DNA from: Selaginella moellendorffii
Taxonomy: Eukaryota; Plantae; Lycopodiophyta
Direction: 5' to 3'
NCBI RefSeq assembly: GCF_000143415.4
Contig: NW_003314292.1
Span: 1,619,498-1,683,497 of the forward strand
Length of the DNA stretch: 64,000 nt
Below, one piece after another: positions 46,551-58,007 of this stretch (position 1 is the stretch's first letter; each line of letters opens with the position of its first letter). Made by a program: the position numbers and the translations under genes. The notes under the pieces were generated by a model that ran no database searches, was not told where the DNA came from, and saw only the letters and a program-made list of their open reading frames with translations.

Positions 46551-47509
46551 AAGAAACTAAACTTGTAATTCCCAATGGAATTCCAATGTGGGAAACTTTG
46601 AGAAATTTTTTGGGAATTCTTGAAAATTGGGAATTCCTTAGAAACTTCAGATGTGAGTGTATGGAATATGGAAAGAGAATACAAGAAAAAACCCTAGTTT
46701 ATATACATGAACGAGTGATCCGGATTAAAACCAATATGATAGCTACCAAAATCCCATTATACTAATATTAATATATAGCATCGTAGTTGTACATTTGAAT
46801 CTCACATCATCCCCTCATCTCAGAATGACAGAAGACCATTAGGGTTCTTTTGTGGATGGGCTAAGATCTAGAGGAACATCAAGAAGAGGCATCGATGGAT
46901 CTGTAAATGGTGTCAATTGTTCTTGATCCCTTTGTACGAAGTATTTTAGCTGTCGTATATGCACAATTTTTGGAGGATCAGCTTGCTGGATGTCATGTCG
47001 AACTTCATAAACTTGCTGTCCAACTTGTCACAACACTTGATATAGTATTTTCCACTGAGCAAGGAGCCCCTTAAATGGAGGAGTCTCACTCACAACTTCC
47101 ATAAGTCCCATTCTAGACTGGGGGTTGGCTAGCCCCGAGAATGGCATCCTTGCCACTCAACCTGTGTGCACTTGGTCCAAGTGCTTCACGTGTCCGATCC
47201 CATGACCGACACTCAAAAGTGCCACTGACATAGCAGCCTGTTACGTTAAAGCCATGCCTAATCACCTTTGCCGCACTAGTGGTCCAATACCACTTGCATC
47301 ACCATCATGTCTCTCCAAGACTGGGCCAACTATCCATGAGTGGTCATCCTAGATCCACTCCTTAGCATCTTTAGGATGCCCACCGACAAGGGGAACATCC
47401 TTCCCCAATATCCCTCTTTCAGTCCCCACCAAGTCCCATCCAAACCATGGCCATGTTCATCAACACTGCCACTGGGTCAAGGTCCATAGGCCCGACCATT
47501 AAGTCCCAA

Positions 47510-47814
47510 TGTCCTCTGATGCTTTATTTCATTAAAGTGGGACTTTTCATTATCCCACTTATGGTGTGTGGCCACATGCCATTTTTATAACAACAATAAA
47601 AAATTGAAGTTTTAACTTTATAATTTATAAATTAAAAACTTTTCATATGATTTTGTGTTATAATATTGTGAAATATAAAAAAATAAATTAAAAAACTGAT
47701 AGAAATATTAATAAATATTAATTAAGTACTAGGAAATGGCATGTGGACACATGCTAATTAATGTCCCACTTTACTGAATAAGTCCCACTTTAACGAAATA
47801 AAGCATTCTGGGAC
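47510..47814. mobile_element. ~300 bp foldback element (MITE-like)
   Basis: atgctttatttcattaaagtgggactt (47519-47545) pairs with aagtcccactttaacgaaataaagcat (47780-47806) with one mismatch. Inner pair ccacatgccattt/aaatggcatgtgg. AT-rich core. Confidence 0.7.
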
Positions 47815-47824
47815 TTCCTCACCC

Positions 47825-48710
47825 TGTGACTGTATCCTTAGTCACTACGCCATACGTCTGCTCCTCTTCCTTTCCACAGTCTGGGACTTTGGGGCAACAT
47901 TTCGGAACACCGTGGCATTATGCAAGCCACCTGGGTATTCTCCCCGCCTTCCACCTTTGGGTGCTCTAGCCATGGGCTTAGAGCGAGGTTCCGTTGAGCC
48001 ACGCCAGGTATCCAAGTAGGTAGTGCCACCCACACTTGGACTGGGAGCATCGACCATTCGATCTCTCGGGGGAACTAGAGCCGGCTCTTGAACACTTCAC
48101 CAAGCTACCCCGCTTGTTTGTCCGTATTCACTCTAATCTTGGACTTCCCAGTGGTCATCCCATCACCCAATAACTGGGTATGGCCTTCCTGGGCCACCTT
48201 TCCTGGCCAAACTGGCTCCACTCTCCCTATTATACTTTTGGAACCCCCCTCCCCCCCCCTCCCCCCCAAGGGACGATCACTTTGGGCTTTCACCCAACTA
48301 CTTGTATTAGTATTTGGACTCGGACTCGGACTTGGACTCGGATTTGGTCTCGGTCCCGGATTCGGACTTGGATTTGATCTCGGTCTCAGTTCCATCTCAG
48401 ACTTGGACTCCATCTCGGACTCCATCTCAGGTCCATCTTGGACTCCATCTCGGACTCCATCTCGGGTCCATCTCAGACTCCATCTCGGGTCCATCTCAGA
48501 CTCCATCTCGCATCTGTCTCGGACTCCACCTCGAACTCCATCTTGGGTTCATCTCAGACACTTCCACGTGTCATGTGTTGGTCCTCTTGTGTCCCTTTTC
48601 TAGAGACTCACTTATTGCTTGCTTTGTGTTTGTTCCTTGAGCCCTTCGTTGGGAGTTCCACTCCCGCTCTCGACCTTTCAAGTCGGAGCTTTTAGTCCAA
48701 ACATGTTACG
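47825..48710 (-). mobile_element. Probable solo or partial LTR of a related Gypsy family
   Basis: Starts TGTGAC. 48222-48295 (ccctattatacttttg, poly-C, tgggctttcaccc) matches the LTR motif at 49793-49860 and 56800-56895. No TSD found. Confidence 0.45.
48314..48560. repeat. Minisatellite: 6-bp ggactc/ggattt units grading into 12-bp gactccatctcR units
   Basis: Tandem units are directly visible. Confidence 0.85.
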
Positions 48711-49492
48711 CTCTTTTAGCTTTCGCTTTGGCCACTACCACATGGCGCCCTTTCGGCTCCACTTTGGGGCCTAGGGATTTGGTGTCTCACAGAAATATGG
48801 AGGGATCATTAATTTATTTGCATAAGGTCCTTCCAATATTCGTGCAACTCCTCATTTCCTATATACATCTCGGTGTCCATACCTTTCATTACAACAACAC
48901 CAACAGGACATTGTTGATGCCAAGGTCTTCATCCAAGAAATGAAGGTTGCCAATCTAGAAAACACCGACAATGCCAATAATTGTAACCAACTTTATCACA
49001 TGCTAAGTAGTGGACATCATGGCCACAACCATGTGCTCATTCTAGTCCTTGAACTCGAGCAGCAGTAGCATCAACCTCTATTTGAACAAAACCATTTCCC
49101 ACAAGACGTAGAGTTAAAGAATGTGTAACAAACAGTGGAAGATGTGACATCTTATAACATTGTGCCAAACAAAGGGCATTGTCAAGGGTGGTTGGAGCAA
49201 GTGCTAACCACAAAATTCCCAACTTGATCTGCTTTAACATATTTGACTCTCCATGAAGCAAGAGACTTCGAAAACAAATACTAAATTGCATCACTGACTC
49301 GAATGACCATCGACGAAGATGATGCAATTGTTGAAAGACATCATTATAATCGTCAGCATGTCCAAATGTGCATTTGAAGACATCTAGGAGAATACTCCAA
49401 TCCTCACGAGTGGATGTGTTCAAACCATTGTACCATTGTAGTGCCGTCCGTTGGAAACACGTGGGAAACTCATGCAAATGTTGAGCATTATC

Positions 49493-50403
49493 TGTAGCAC
49501 ACTTGAATTTAGAGCCAAACTCCAAGCCTGTTGCGCTACGAAATGAGGGTCCGGTACAATCCTACGAGCACCAACTCCCCATATCTAGCACCTACATGCA
49601 AAATGGTGTCAGACGGAGTTTGGCACAATTTTGACATACCGGTGGCCTAACGTGAGGAGGAGGGTACCCCACCGACTAGAGCAGCATGGAGCTTGGGCTT
49701 AGACCCAAGACGGATGCAGAACAAGGAGCGACACAGCCCAGCAGGAGCCAAACTAATGTCTCAGGTGGTCGGACATGCATTCCAACCACTATCCCTACTA
49801 TACTTTTGAAACCCTCCCGTCCCCTTCCCCCTTGAGGAACACACGCTGTGGGCTTTCACCCTAAGCCTCCCTTAGTACCAGGAGTTAGTCTTTGGGACAA
49901 GCTCGAAACTTATTAAATATGGAATGTTTTTAGATTGCGAATTTGGACACGAAACGAACACCAATGTGTTCAGGCTGATATCTACATTCAGTAGATATGC
50001 CAAATTAGCGAATCCTGACACTTTCCATAATTAGCATTTGGAAAGACTAATAGAAAGGGCATGATAGCGAGGGTGTTTGGTAGACACGGTAAGCTATCAT
50101 TCAGCGATATTGAGGGACTAGTCTCAATAGGTGAGAGTTCTTGCCAAGCCAGTGCAAGATATAGCAAAAGAGAACTAAAAAGCCGGGCCAAGTATGCTTG
50201 GTCAAATAGACACTTAGGAATTCCGTCCTTATGCTCATCCGGCCAAGTACAAATGCTAAGTCCAGCTTACTAACACTTCGACAAGAAGGGCCAGTAAAGG
50301 GAACCAGCAGTACTGACCTCTTGCCGTCAGGGCAATAAGGAGAGAGTGTCCGTAAGGATTGGCCGACAAGCATCTTTCAATACCCGAAGTCACATTCGCG
50401 ACA
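49493..50403 (-). repeat. 3' LTR of the Gypsy element
   Basis: Direct repeat of 56503-57425. Confidence 0.93.
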
Positions 50404-50474
50404 CTCTCCCTTCCTTGGGGAAGATCGACGTCCTCGTCGATGCATACCCGAGTCTAGCAAATCGTCAAGGAAAC

Positions 50475-51067
50475 TATAAGCTCCTGAGTTTGGACTTCCC
50501 GGGAGGTCACCCAGTCTAGTACTATTCAAACCCAAGGACGCTTAACCCCAAATATCCCAAGACTCTTAACCGATTGGAAAAGCGGGTGCACTCTTGTTCA
50601 TGGGCCCTTTCCCTCTATATTTGAACCCCATGGATCGTCTCTCAAGTCGTTCCCTTTGGTTGCTTACAATCCACCATGCTTCCCTGCAAGTTCACGCCAT
50701 CGTGAACGGAAGCTGAGAGCCGCAGCTCTCCCGAGAGCCCCGCTCTCTTGACACCTTACCCCTCAGGTCGAGCCCAACGGGAACAAACTGGACCAGCCAG
50801 ATGTCAATCAACATGTGGTGTGATTCCCTTAGCCAACCAAGGGAGTCGGACCCGAGACCTCTCTGATACCAAATGTAAGCTCTTGAGTTTGGACTTCCCG
50901 GGAGGTCACCCAGCCCAGTACTATTCAAACCCAAGGACGCTTAACCCTAAATATCCCAAGACCCTTAACCAATTGGAAAAGGGGGTGCACTCTTGTTCAT
51001 GGGTCCTTTCCCTCTATATTTGAACCCCATGGATCGTTTCTCAAGTCGTTCCCTTTGGTTGCTTACA
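50475..51067 (-). mobile_element. Complete Cassandra-type TRIM (593 bp) with 5S rRNA-derived LTR cores
   Basis: Two 194-bp LTRs (50475-50668, 50874-51067), TSD GAAAC, PBS TGGTATCAGAG and a non-coding 205-bp interior. Each LTR has GTTAAGCGTCCTTGGG..TAGTACT.G.CTGGGTGACCTCCCGGGAAGTCC, matching the 5S box A to box C region. Confidence 0.93.
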
Positions 51068-54000
51068 GAAACAACTCTGAAAGTTAACGGAAAGCACACT
51101 ATGTGGGAAACACACCAACTTAAATGAGTTATGGAACGACCTCTCCTCTACGTCTAAAGACATTACGACTCAGACACCCTCCGGCCGTCACCGACAAGGA
51201 AATGACTAACGGAGTTAGCCACCCTTGCTGCTCCGAGCACCACTTGGCTTATAAAGGAATGATACATCTCTGCCCGCAGGGACATAGGGAGAAGGCTAGA
51301 GGCCCAACTTCCCCTGAGCAAGAAATCAACCCCGTCGGGAAGATTTAGACAATTATTATAAACTGGCAGATTAAGTTGTTTACACGACCATGCCTCTTTT
51401 CAAAAATGAACCTTCGAGAGAGAGGCGGGGACTTGTGATTAGTCTATAATAGTTATCCCCATGGTTATGGATTAGACCCATGCACCGAAGTGCCGAAGTC
51501 AGCCTGCCAAAACTAACCCAAGTACTAACAAATGAGAGAAATGACACTTTGATTTATAGAAATAGATTACTTTATTGATTTGCAAGATTTATTACAAAGT
51601 TTATAAAAGCTATTTATTTTTTATTATTATTCTCATACTGCGTGACAAGCTCACGAGCATGGGTAAGATTACTAAGAGGCTCCCAAGTTAATTCACAAGC
51701 TGGGTAACCTTTCCACTTAACTAGATACTCTCAACATTTGGCACGTTTAAGCCAATGTGTATCCAAAATAGCCTCTACTTCATACTTAAGTTCACCATCC
51801 ACAACATTTGGCGGTGGATGAATCTCCCTTTGATGTGCAACATCTATAGTGTAAAGAGCCAATAAATTGGCATGAAATACATTATGAACATTGGACATCT
51901 CCGTAGACTGATCCAACCGATAGGATACATCACCAAGACGTTTTAACACCCGATAGGGTCCAACATATCTCAGCAAGAGCTTCCGAGACAAAGAACCCTT
52001 AATGTTCAAGTTTTGGGAAGATAGCCACACCTGATCTCCCACTTGATAGGATACATCCCGACGATACTGATCTTTATCACATTGATACCTATCTTGAGCT
52101 TTGCCCATCGCCTCAGTAGCCTGAGACCAACCTTGGCGTAGCTACTCCGCATAAGTCTCAACGGCTGGGACCAACACTTCGGTCATTGGTTTCGGTACAA
52201 CAATCTATTGAGGAACCCCACGAGCATTCCCTTGCAGCATCTCCCATGGAGAACAGCCTATAGCGCTGTGAAATGTGTTGTTATAACAGATTTCTGCTGT
52301 ATCCAAATGCTCAACCCAGTCGCGTTAGTCTACCGCAACATAGTACCACAGATAATCCTCAACTTAAGCATTCACACGTTCGGTCTCCCCATCAGTTTAA
52401 GGATGATAAGCCGTACTAAATTTTAACTTGGTACCAAACAGTTGGAATAGTGTGCCCCAAAACTTCCCCGTAAACCTTGAATCTCTATCCGAGATCATCT
52501 CTTCAGGAAGACCACGAACTTGCATTACTTCATGGAAAAAGAGCTTTGCTGCTTGTTTCACATTTACTATTCCCACAGTTGGAATGAAGTGTGCAATCTT
52601 TGACAACCGATCCACAACCACCATCAAAGTATCATAACTCTTTGAATTTGGCAAGCAAGTGATGAAATCAAGTGTCACACTTTGAAATGGCTATGCTAGT
52701 GTGGGAATGCACTACAACTTTCCAGCCTGCTTCTCAGTTTTGCGCTTACATTGCTGGAATATAGGGCAGGAATGGACATAGTCCGCTACATCACCTTCCA
52801 TACCAAACCAGAAAAATCCCTTTTTCAATGAAGCCAGAGTTTTTCACTGTCCACCATGTCCCGCTACTGGAACATCATGATGTTCCTGCAGAAACAACTA
52901 CTGCAGATCCTTAGAGGGAAGATACAATCTTTCTTGCTTATAGAATATAAGCCCATCCGAACTGAGAAGTGAAGCTTTGCATTAGTGCGACTAGCAACTT
53001 TCGTTGCTTCGCTACCAGGGCTTTACTTCAACAACCCTGCACGGCATAAGATTGCCTTCACCAATGGATCACTTCCATATGAAGCCCGAATGTCCTCCAA
53101 CCAGTCCAAACTAATTGCTGATATGGCCCGGAATTGAGCTTGACGACTCAACGCATCCAAAACAATATTGTATTTACCAGGTTTATATATGATTTCAATA
53201 TCATATCTAGCAAGCTTCTCTTGCCAACAAGCCTGCTGCAGCGTAAGCTTAGGCTACATAGCAAAGTAGCTTAGTGTGTTACTATCCATATAAACCTTGG
53301 TATGTCCACCCAAGTAGTGTCTCCAATGTTTCAAGGCCGAAACTATAGCAAACATCTCTTTCTCATGCATTGGCCATTTTCATTGAGTTTCATCCAATTT
53401 CTTGGAATAGAACGCAACAGGACAACCATGTTGCCTTAGTGTAACACCAACCGCTTTGTCACAATCTTGCTGTAACATGGCACCAATAGCATAGCTAGAC
53501 GCATCACAATGCACTTCGAAGGGTTTATCAAGATCTGGGATCTTGAGAACAGGAACTATACCGTAAACCGTACAAAAGTACGCTGACAAGCTGGTGTCCA
53601 ATGGAACGGAATACTACTCTTTGTCAACTTAGTCAATGGAAGAGCAATTCTTGCAAAATTGCAGACAAACTTACGATAGTATCCCGCCAAACCGAGAAAG
53701 GAACGAACATCTGATACAGTGGTTGGGACTTCCCAAGACTTCACCGCTTCCACCTTCTTTGGATCAACCTCAATTACGCCAGCACCAACTATATGTCCAA
53801 GAAAGTTTACGCGCAATTGACCAAAAGCACATTTACTTTCTTTAGCATACAGTTTGTGTTTGCGCAACTTCTGAAACACCAGCTCCAAGTGTTTCAAATG
53901 ATCCTCTAACGTTTCACTGAAGACTAGAACATCGTTGATATATAGGACAACAAATGTGTCCAAATAATCTTTGAATATTCTATCCATCATAGTGCTGAAC

Positions 54001-56502
54001 ATTGCTAGAGCATTACATAACCCGAACGGCATAACAAGGAACTCATAAGATCCGTACAGAGTCTTAAAGGTTGTCTTTTCCACATCCTGATCCACCACCT
54101 GTATCTGATGATACCTGGACAGCAAATCAAGTCACGTAAAATACTTAGCCTTTAAGAGTTGGTCAAACAAGTCATCAATGTGGGGCAAAGGATAACTATT
54201 CTTGACCGTGATCTTGTTGAGTGCCCGATAGTCGATACACATCCTCATGGTTCCATCCTTTTTCATAACAAAAAGGACTGGCGCTCCATAAGATGACTTG
54301 CTTGGTCGGATATGACCTTTGTCAAGAAGCTTCGTAAGTTGCTTCTTGAGTTCAGCCATCTCCTTGATATTCAACCGATATGGAGCTTTTGTATATGGTT
54401 TAGAACCCGGTATAACCTCAATCCAATAATCAACCTCACGGTTAGGAGGTGGCCTTAGTGGCAAATCCTTCGGGAAGATATCCTGATTCCTCGCCAACAA
54501 CTCCAATATTTTCTTTAGTACAAGATCAACCCCATCACCGATTCGAACCGAGTCACCTATACCCTCAGCTTCCATCACTTGAACCCAAAAGGTTTAACAT
54601 CCCTTCTTAGCTACTTTTTGAGCGGCTCTTGCAGTCAGGAACTTAGCATCCCAATACTTTGAGGAGCGCTTTTGCAACTGAAAGGACACATCAGGACGTC
54701 CTTCTAACTTCAATGTGATACGACTTTGTCCAGCACCATAAATCCCTTTTATGTATTTGTTGAAGAAATCCATACCAAACACCATCTGAAAATTTGGTAT
54801 TTTCAACACTACCAAGTCCACTCTTTCTTTCCACTTGGATATCTTTATTAGAACATCACTTACAAACTTTCTGGCTACTTGCCCACCTTCCGCAAACCGG
54901 AAGTGCATAGGTGACATTTGCTTAGCATTCAATCCTAACAATTTAACTAAGTCTTCGGATATCATACTGTGCGTAACTCCCGTATCAATCATCACTCGGA
55001 TTCAGTGTCTGTAGACAAAGCCTACCAAATACATCAACGGATTAGTGTTTGCATTGACTGCGAGAAAAGCTTGAGGAAAGCAACGAAAGTAACTCACCTC
55101 CTCTTCCTCATAGTTTGCATTGACCAGCTCGTCAACGTCTTCAGCTTCACCACCACCGTCTTCCCTCATGACATTAACACAAGACTTTGTCTTATGCTTA
55201 TTGGGACATTCTGAGGATCTATGTCCTGACTCTCCACAATGGAAGCAATGACCCACACTACCCGTTCCGCTAGGAGCAAGTTTTGCAGGTTGCTACTGCT
55301 TGTACCCACCAGGAGGAGGAGCAAAGGGCCTAGGACCAGAAGAAGATGCTCGTGGTCTCCAACCACCACCACCTTTGTTAACCGTTGCTTGTGAGCCTCC
55401 AGAGTGGAACCTGCCTTCCACCCCCTATTTCCAGTCACCTTGTTTATTCCCAGAATTCTTATTCTTATCCGAGTTACCAGCATACAGTTGCTGATATTAT
55501 TCCATAAGCGAGTGACTAAAGGCAACTTGTTGTGCTGCCTCCTTACACTCCAGATACGTTTTTGGCTTAAACTTCAAAATCTCATTGCAAGAAAGTGAAC
55601 CTTCCAGGAAATAACTCCGAGCATCTTCATCACTTATATTTGCAATCATAATGCGCTTTTGAGCAAATGCATTAACGTAATGCATGAGGTCCCCTCGCTG
55701 CTTTAACCGCCACAACTCCACGAAAAGTCTCAGACCAAGATCGTCCGGCAAGTATTCCTTACGGATACAAGACTGCATCTTAGTCCAAATTCTAGTCTAC
55801 CCTTTTTCAGCACACACTTGGCACCACCAAGTTTTGGCATGATCAGTGAGAAAGAATTGCATGTACACAACTTTTGTATGATCATCTACATCTGCCACTA
55901 TGAAATAGTTTTCCATATCGTAGACCCAGTCTTCCAAAACTTGATAGTCCCGCATGCCTCTAAAGTTGGGTGGTTTCGGAGGCTTGAACTTTGAAACTCA
56001 TGCAATTGGGGGCGGTTGCAAAACTTCATCGTCCTCAGAACTTGAAGAGAGTCCGGTTGCTTAGGCTTAGTTGGTTTAGCTGCCTCAGTTTCTTTCTTCC
56101 TCTTTTTGTTCTCCTTCTTCAATTTGCGAATCTCCTTTCACAAATTCTTAATCTTGACTTCCTAAGCCGTACGCTGCAATGCCGCAGCATCTAGCTCTTC
56201 CTTTTCTGACTTGGCCTCAACCTCTTCTGCAACATCTCTACCAGGAGTTTCCTCCTCTCAATTCGCTCGTCTAGAGGTTTCAGCATCATTAGCACGGTTC
56301 CTTTTCACCATCTAGCTAGCTACATGCATGCCTCTATCAGTAAATGAACATGCATACAACGTTCTTACTGAATGGTGCAATCCAACTAATCCTACATAGG
56401 TCACTTTGGATCTACTAGAAAAGTCTCTGTGTATGCAACTTGAGTCAAAAAATCCGACAAAAGTTGAATAGGAATCACTGAGATAATTTCTCTAATACCA
56501 AA

Positions 56503-57425
56503 TGTAGCGCACCTAAATTTGAAGCCGAACTCCAAGCCCGTTGGGCTACAAAATGAGGGTCCGGTACAATCCCACAAGTACTAGCTCCCCGTATCCAGCA
56601 CCTGCACGCAAAATGGTCTCAGACGGAGTCTGGCACAATTTTGACATACCTGTGGCCTAACACGAGGAGGAGGGTACCCCCCCGACTAGAGCAGTGTGGA
56701 GCTTGGGCTTAGACCCAAGCCGGATGCAGAACAAGGAGCGACACAGCCTAGCGGGAGCTAAATTAATGTTTTAGGTGGTCGGACATACATTCCAACCACT
56801 ATCCTTACTATACTTTTGAAACCCCTTATATCCCCCCCCCCCCCCCTCCTCCCCCCCCCTCCCCTTGAGGAACACATGCTTTGGGCTTTCACCCCAAGCC
56901 TCCCTTAGTACCAGGAGTTAGTCTTTGGGACAAGCTCGAAACTTACTAAATATGGAATGTTTTTAGATTGCGAATTTGGATACGAAACGAACACCATTGT
57001 GTTTAGGCCGATATCTACATTCCGTAGATATGCCAAATGAGCAAATCTTGACACTTTTCATAATTAGCATTTGGAACCAAAATAAGACTAACAGAAAGGG
57101 CATGATAGCAAGGGTGTTTGGCAAACACGGTAAGCTATCATTCAGCGATATTGAGGGACTACTCTCAATACGCGAGGGTTCTCGCCAAGCCAGTGCAAGA
57201 TATAGCAAAAGAGAACTAAAAAGCCGAGCCAAGTATGCTTGGTCAAATAAACACTTAGGAATTTCATCCTTATGCTCATCTGGCCAAGTACAAATGCTAA
57301 GTCCAGTTTACTAACACTTTGACAAGAAGGGCCAATAAAGGGAACCAGCAGTACTAACCTCTTGAGAGTGTTCGTAAGGATTGGCCGACAAACATTTTTC
57401 AATACCCGAAATCACATTTGTGACA
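56503..57425 (-). repeat. 5' LTR of the Gypsy element
   Basis: Adjacent to the PBS and a direct repeat of 49493-50403. Confidence 0.93.
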
Positions 57426-57769
57426 TTATCCCAAGAATGATATATGGCAATAACCGTGAAATGATTGAATCAATAATACACATCATTCCCAAGATTCCCA
57501 CAAAAGAACTTTAGCCAAATGTGAGGATTGGTAGCAAGCACAAAAAAAGTTGTACCATGTGCTATGAATGCTACCATCAATTGAGTTTGATTGTTCAACT
57601 GCAACTGCATAGCATCTAGAAATTGCTCAAATTGCTACTCTAGAGTCAAAGGAGGAGGAAGTAAATAAAAAAATAAATAAAAAAGAAAAAAAAAAGTTGA
57701 GAAAAGCAATAAAAAAAGGAGATTTAGACAATGAAAAAGTTAGATCTAAACTAAAATCCCAAATTCTAC

Positions 57770-57890
57770 AAGCCAGAAACATATGCAACTCCAACAATGC
57801 TCTCCGAATGGACAAGCCTTCGTGGCAGTGACAAAAGCTTGAAACCGGGCTGAAGATAGATGGAAAGGCTGTCAAGAAGCCTAGAGAAGC
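57770..57890 (+). pseudogene. Short PPR fragment fused to the 3' flank of NTPase copy C
   Basis: Same junction sequence as 43840-43960 and 40138-40230. Confidence 0.75.
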
Positions 57891-58007
57891 ATAAAAAACA
57901 TTAGAATATTCTAAAATCAGCAAATAAGCGTGTGTTAACATATTGAACCATGACTTCAACATAGAGATGGACAGATCTTTATTTCTGAATTGAATCTCAG
58001 CTCAAGA

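Larger units (their letters stand above)
49493..57425 (-). mobile_element. Full-length but defective chromoviral Ty3/Gypsy LTR retrotransposon
   Basis: LTRs 56503-57425 and 49493-50403 (TG..CA). TSD TTATC on both sides. PBS TGGTATTAGAG (iMet-like) at 56490-56500, PPT at 50404-50420. Gag with CFHCGESGHRSSEC, protease IDTG, RT (YIND), RNase H, integrase and chromodomain YEVEAIL..YLVKWKGY. Many stops and frameshifts. Confidence 0.95.
46564..57560 (-). mobile_element. Old, decayed LTR element (host of the nested insertions)
   Basis: TG..CA-bounded segment 46564-46806 followed by a PPT-like tcatcccctcatctc. A gag frame (HSWDNAQHLHEFPTCFQRTALQWYNGL...WSILLDVFKCTF) is split exactly at the TTATC target site (49488/57426). 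PMDLD motif near 47475-47490. Second LTR not recognised. Confidence 0.5.

Noticed and set aside
48314-48560. CRISPR-like array
   Set aside because: Contiguous tandem units without unique spacers, in a eukaryotic context.
48088-48695. Low-complexity ORFs (GLGLG, DSDSD, PSPNP)
   Set aside because: These are translations of the 6/12-bp minisatellite.
50492-50945. 5S rRNA genes
   Set aside because: Only ~55 nt of the internal promoter region is 5S-like, and it lies inside paired LTRs with a PBS and TSD. This is Cassandra, not rDNA.
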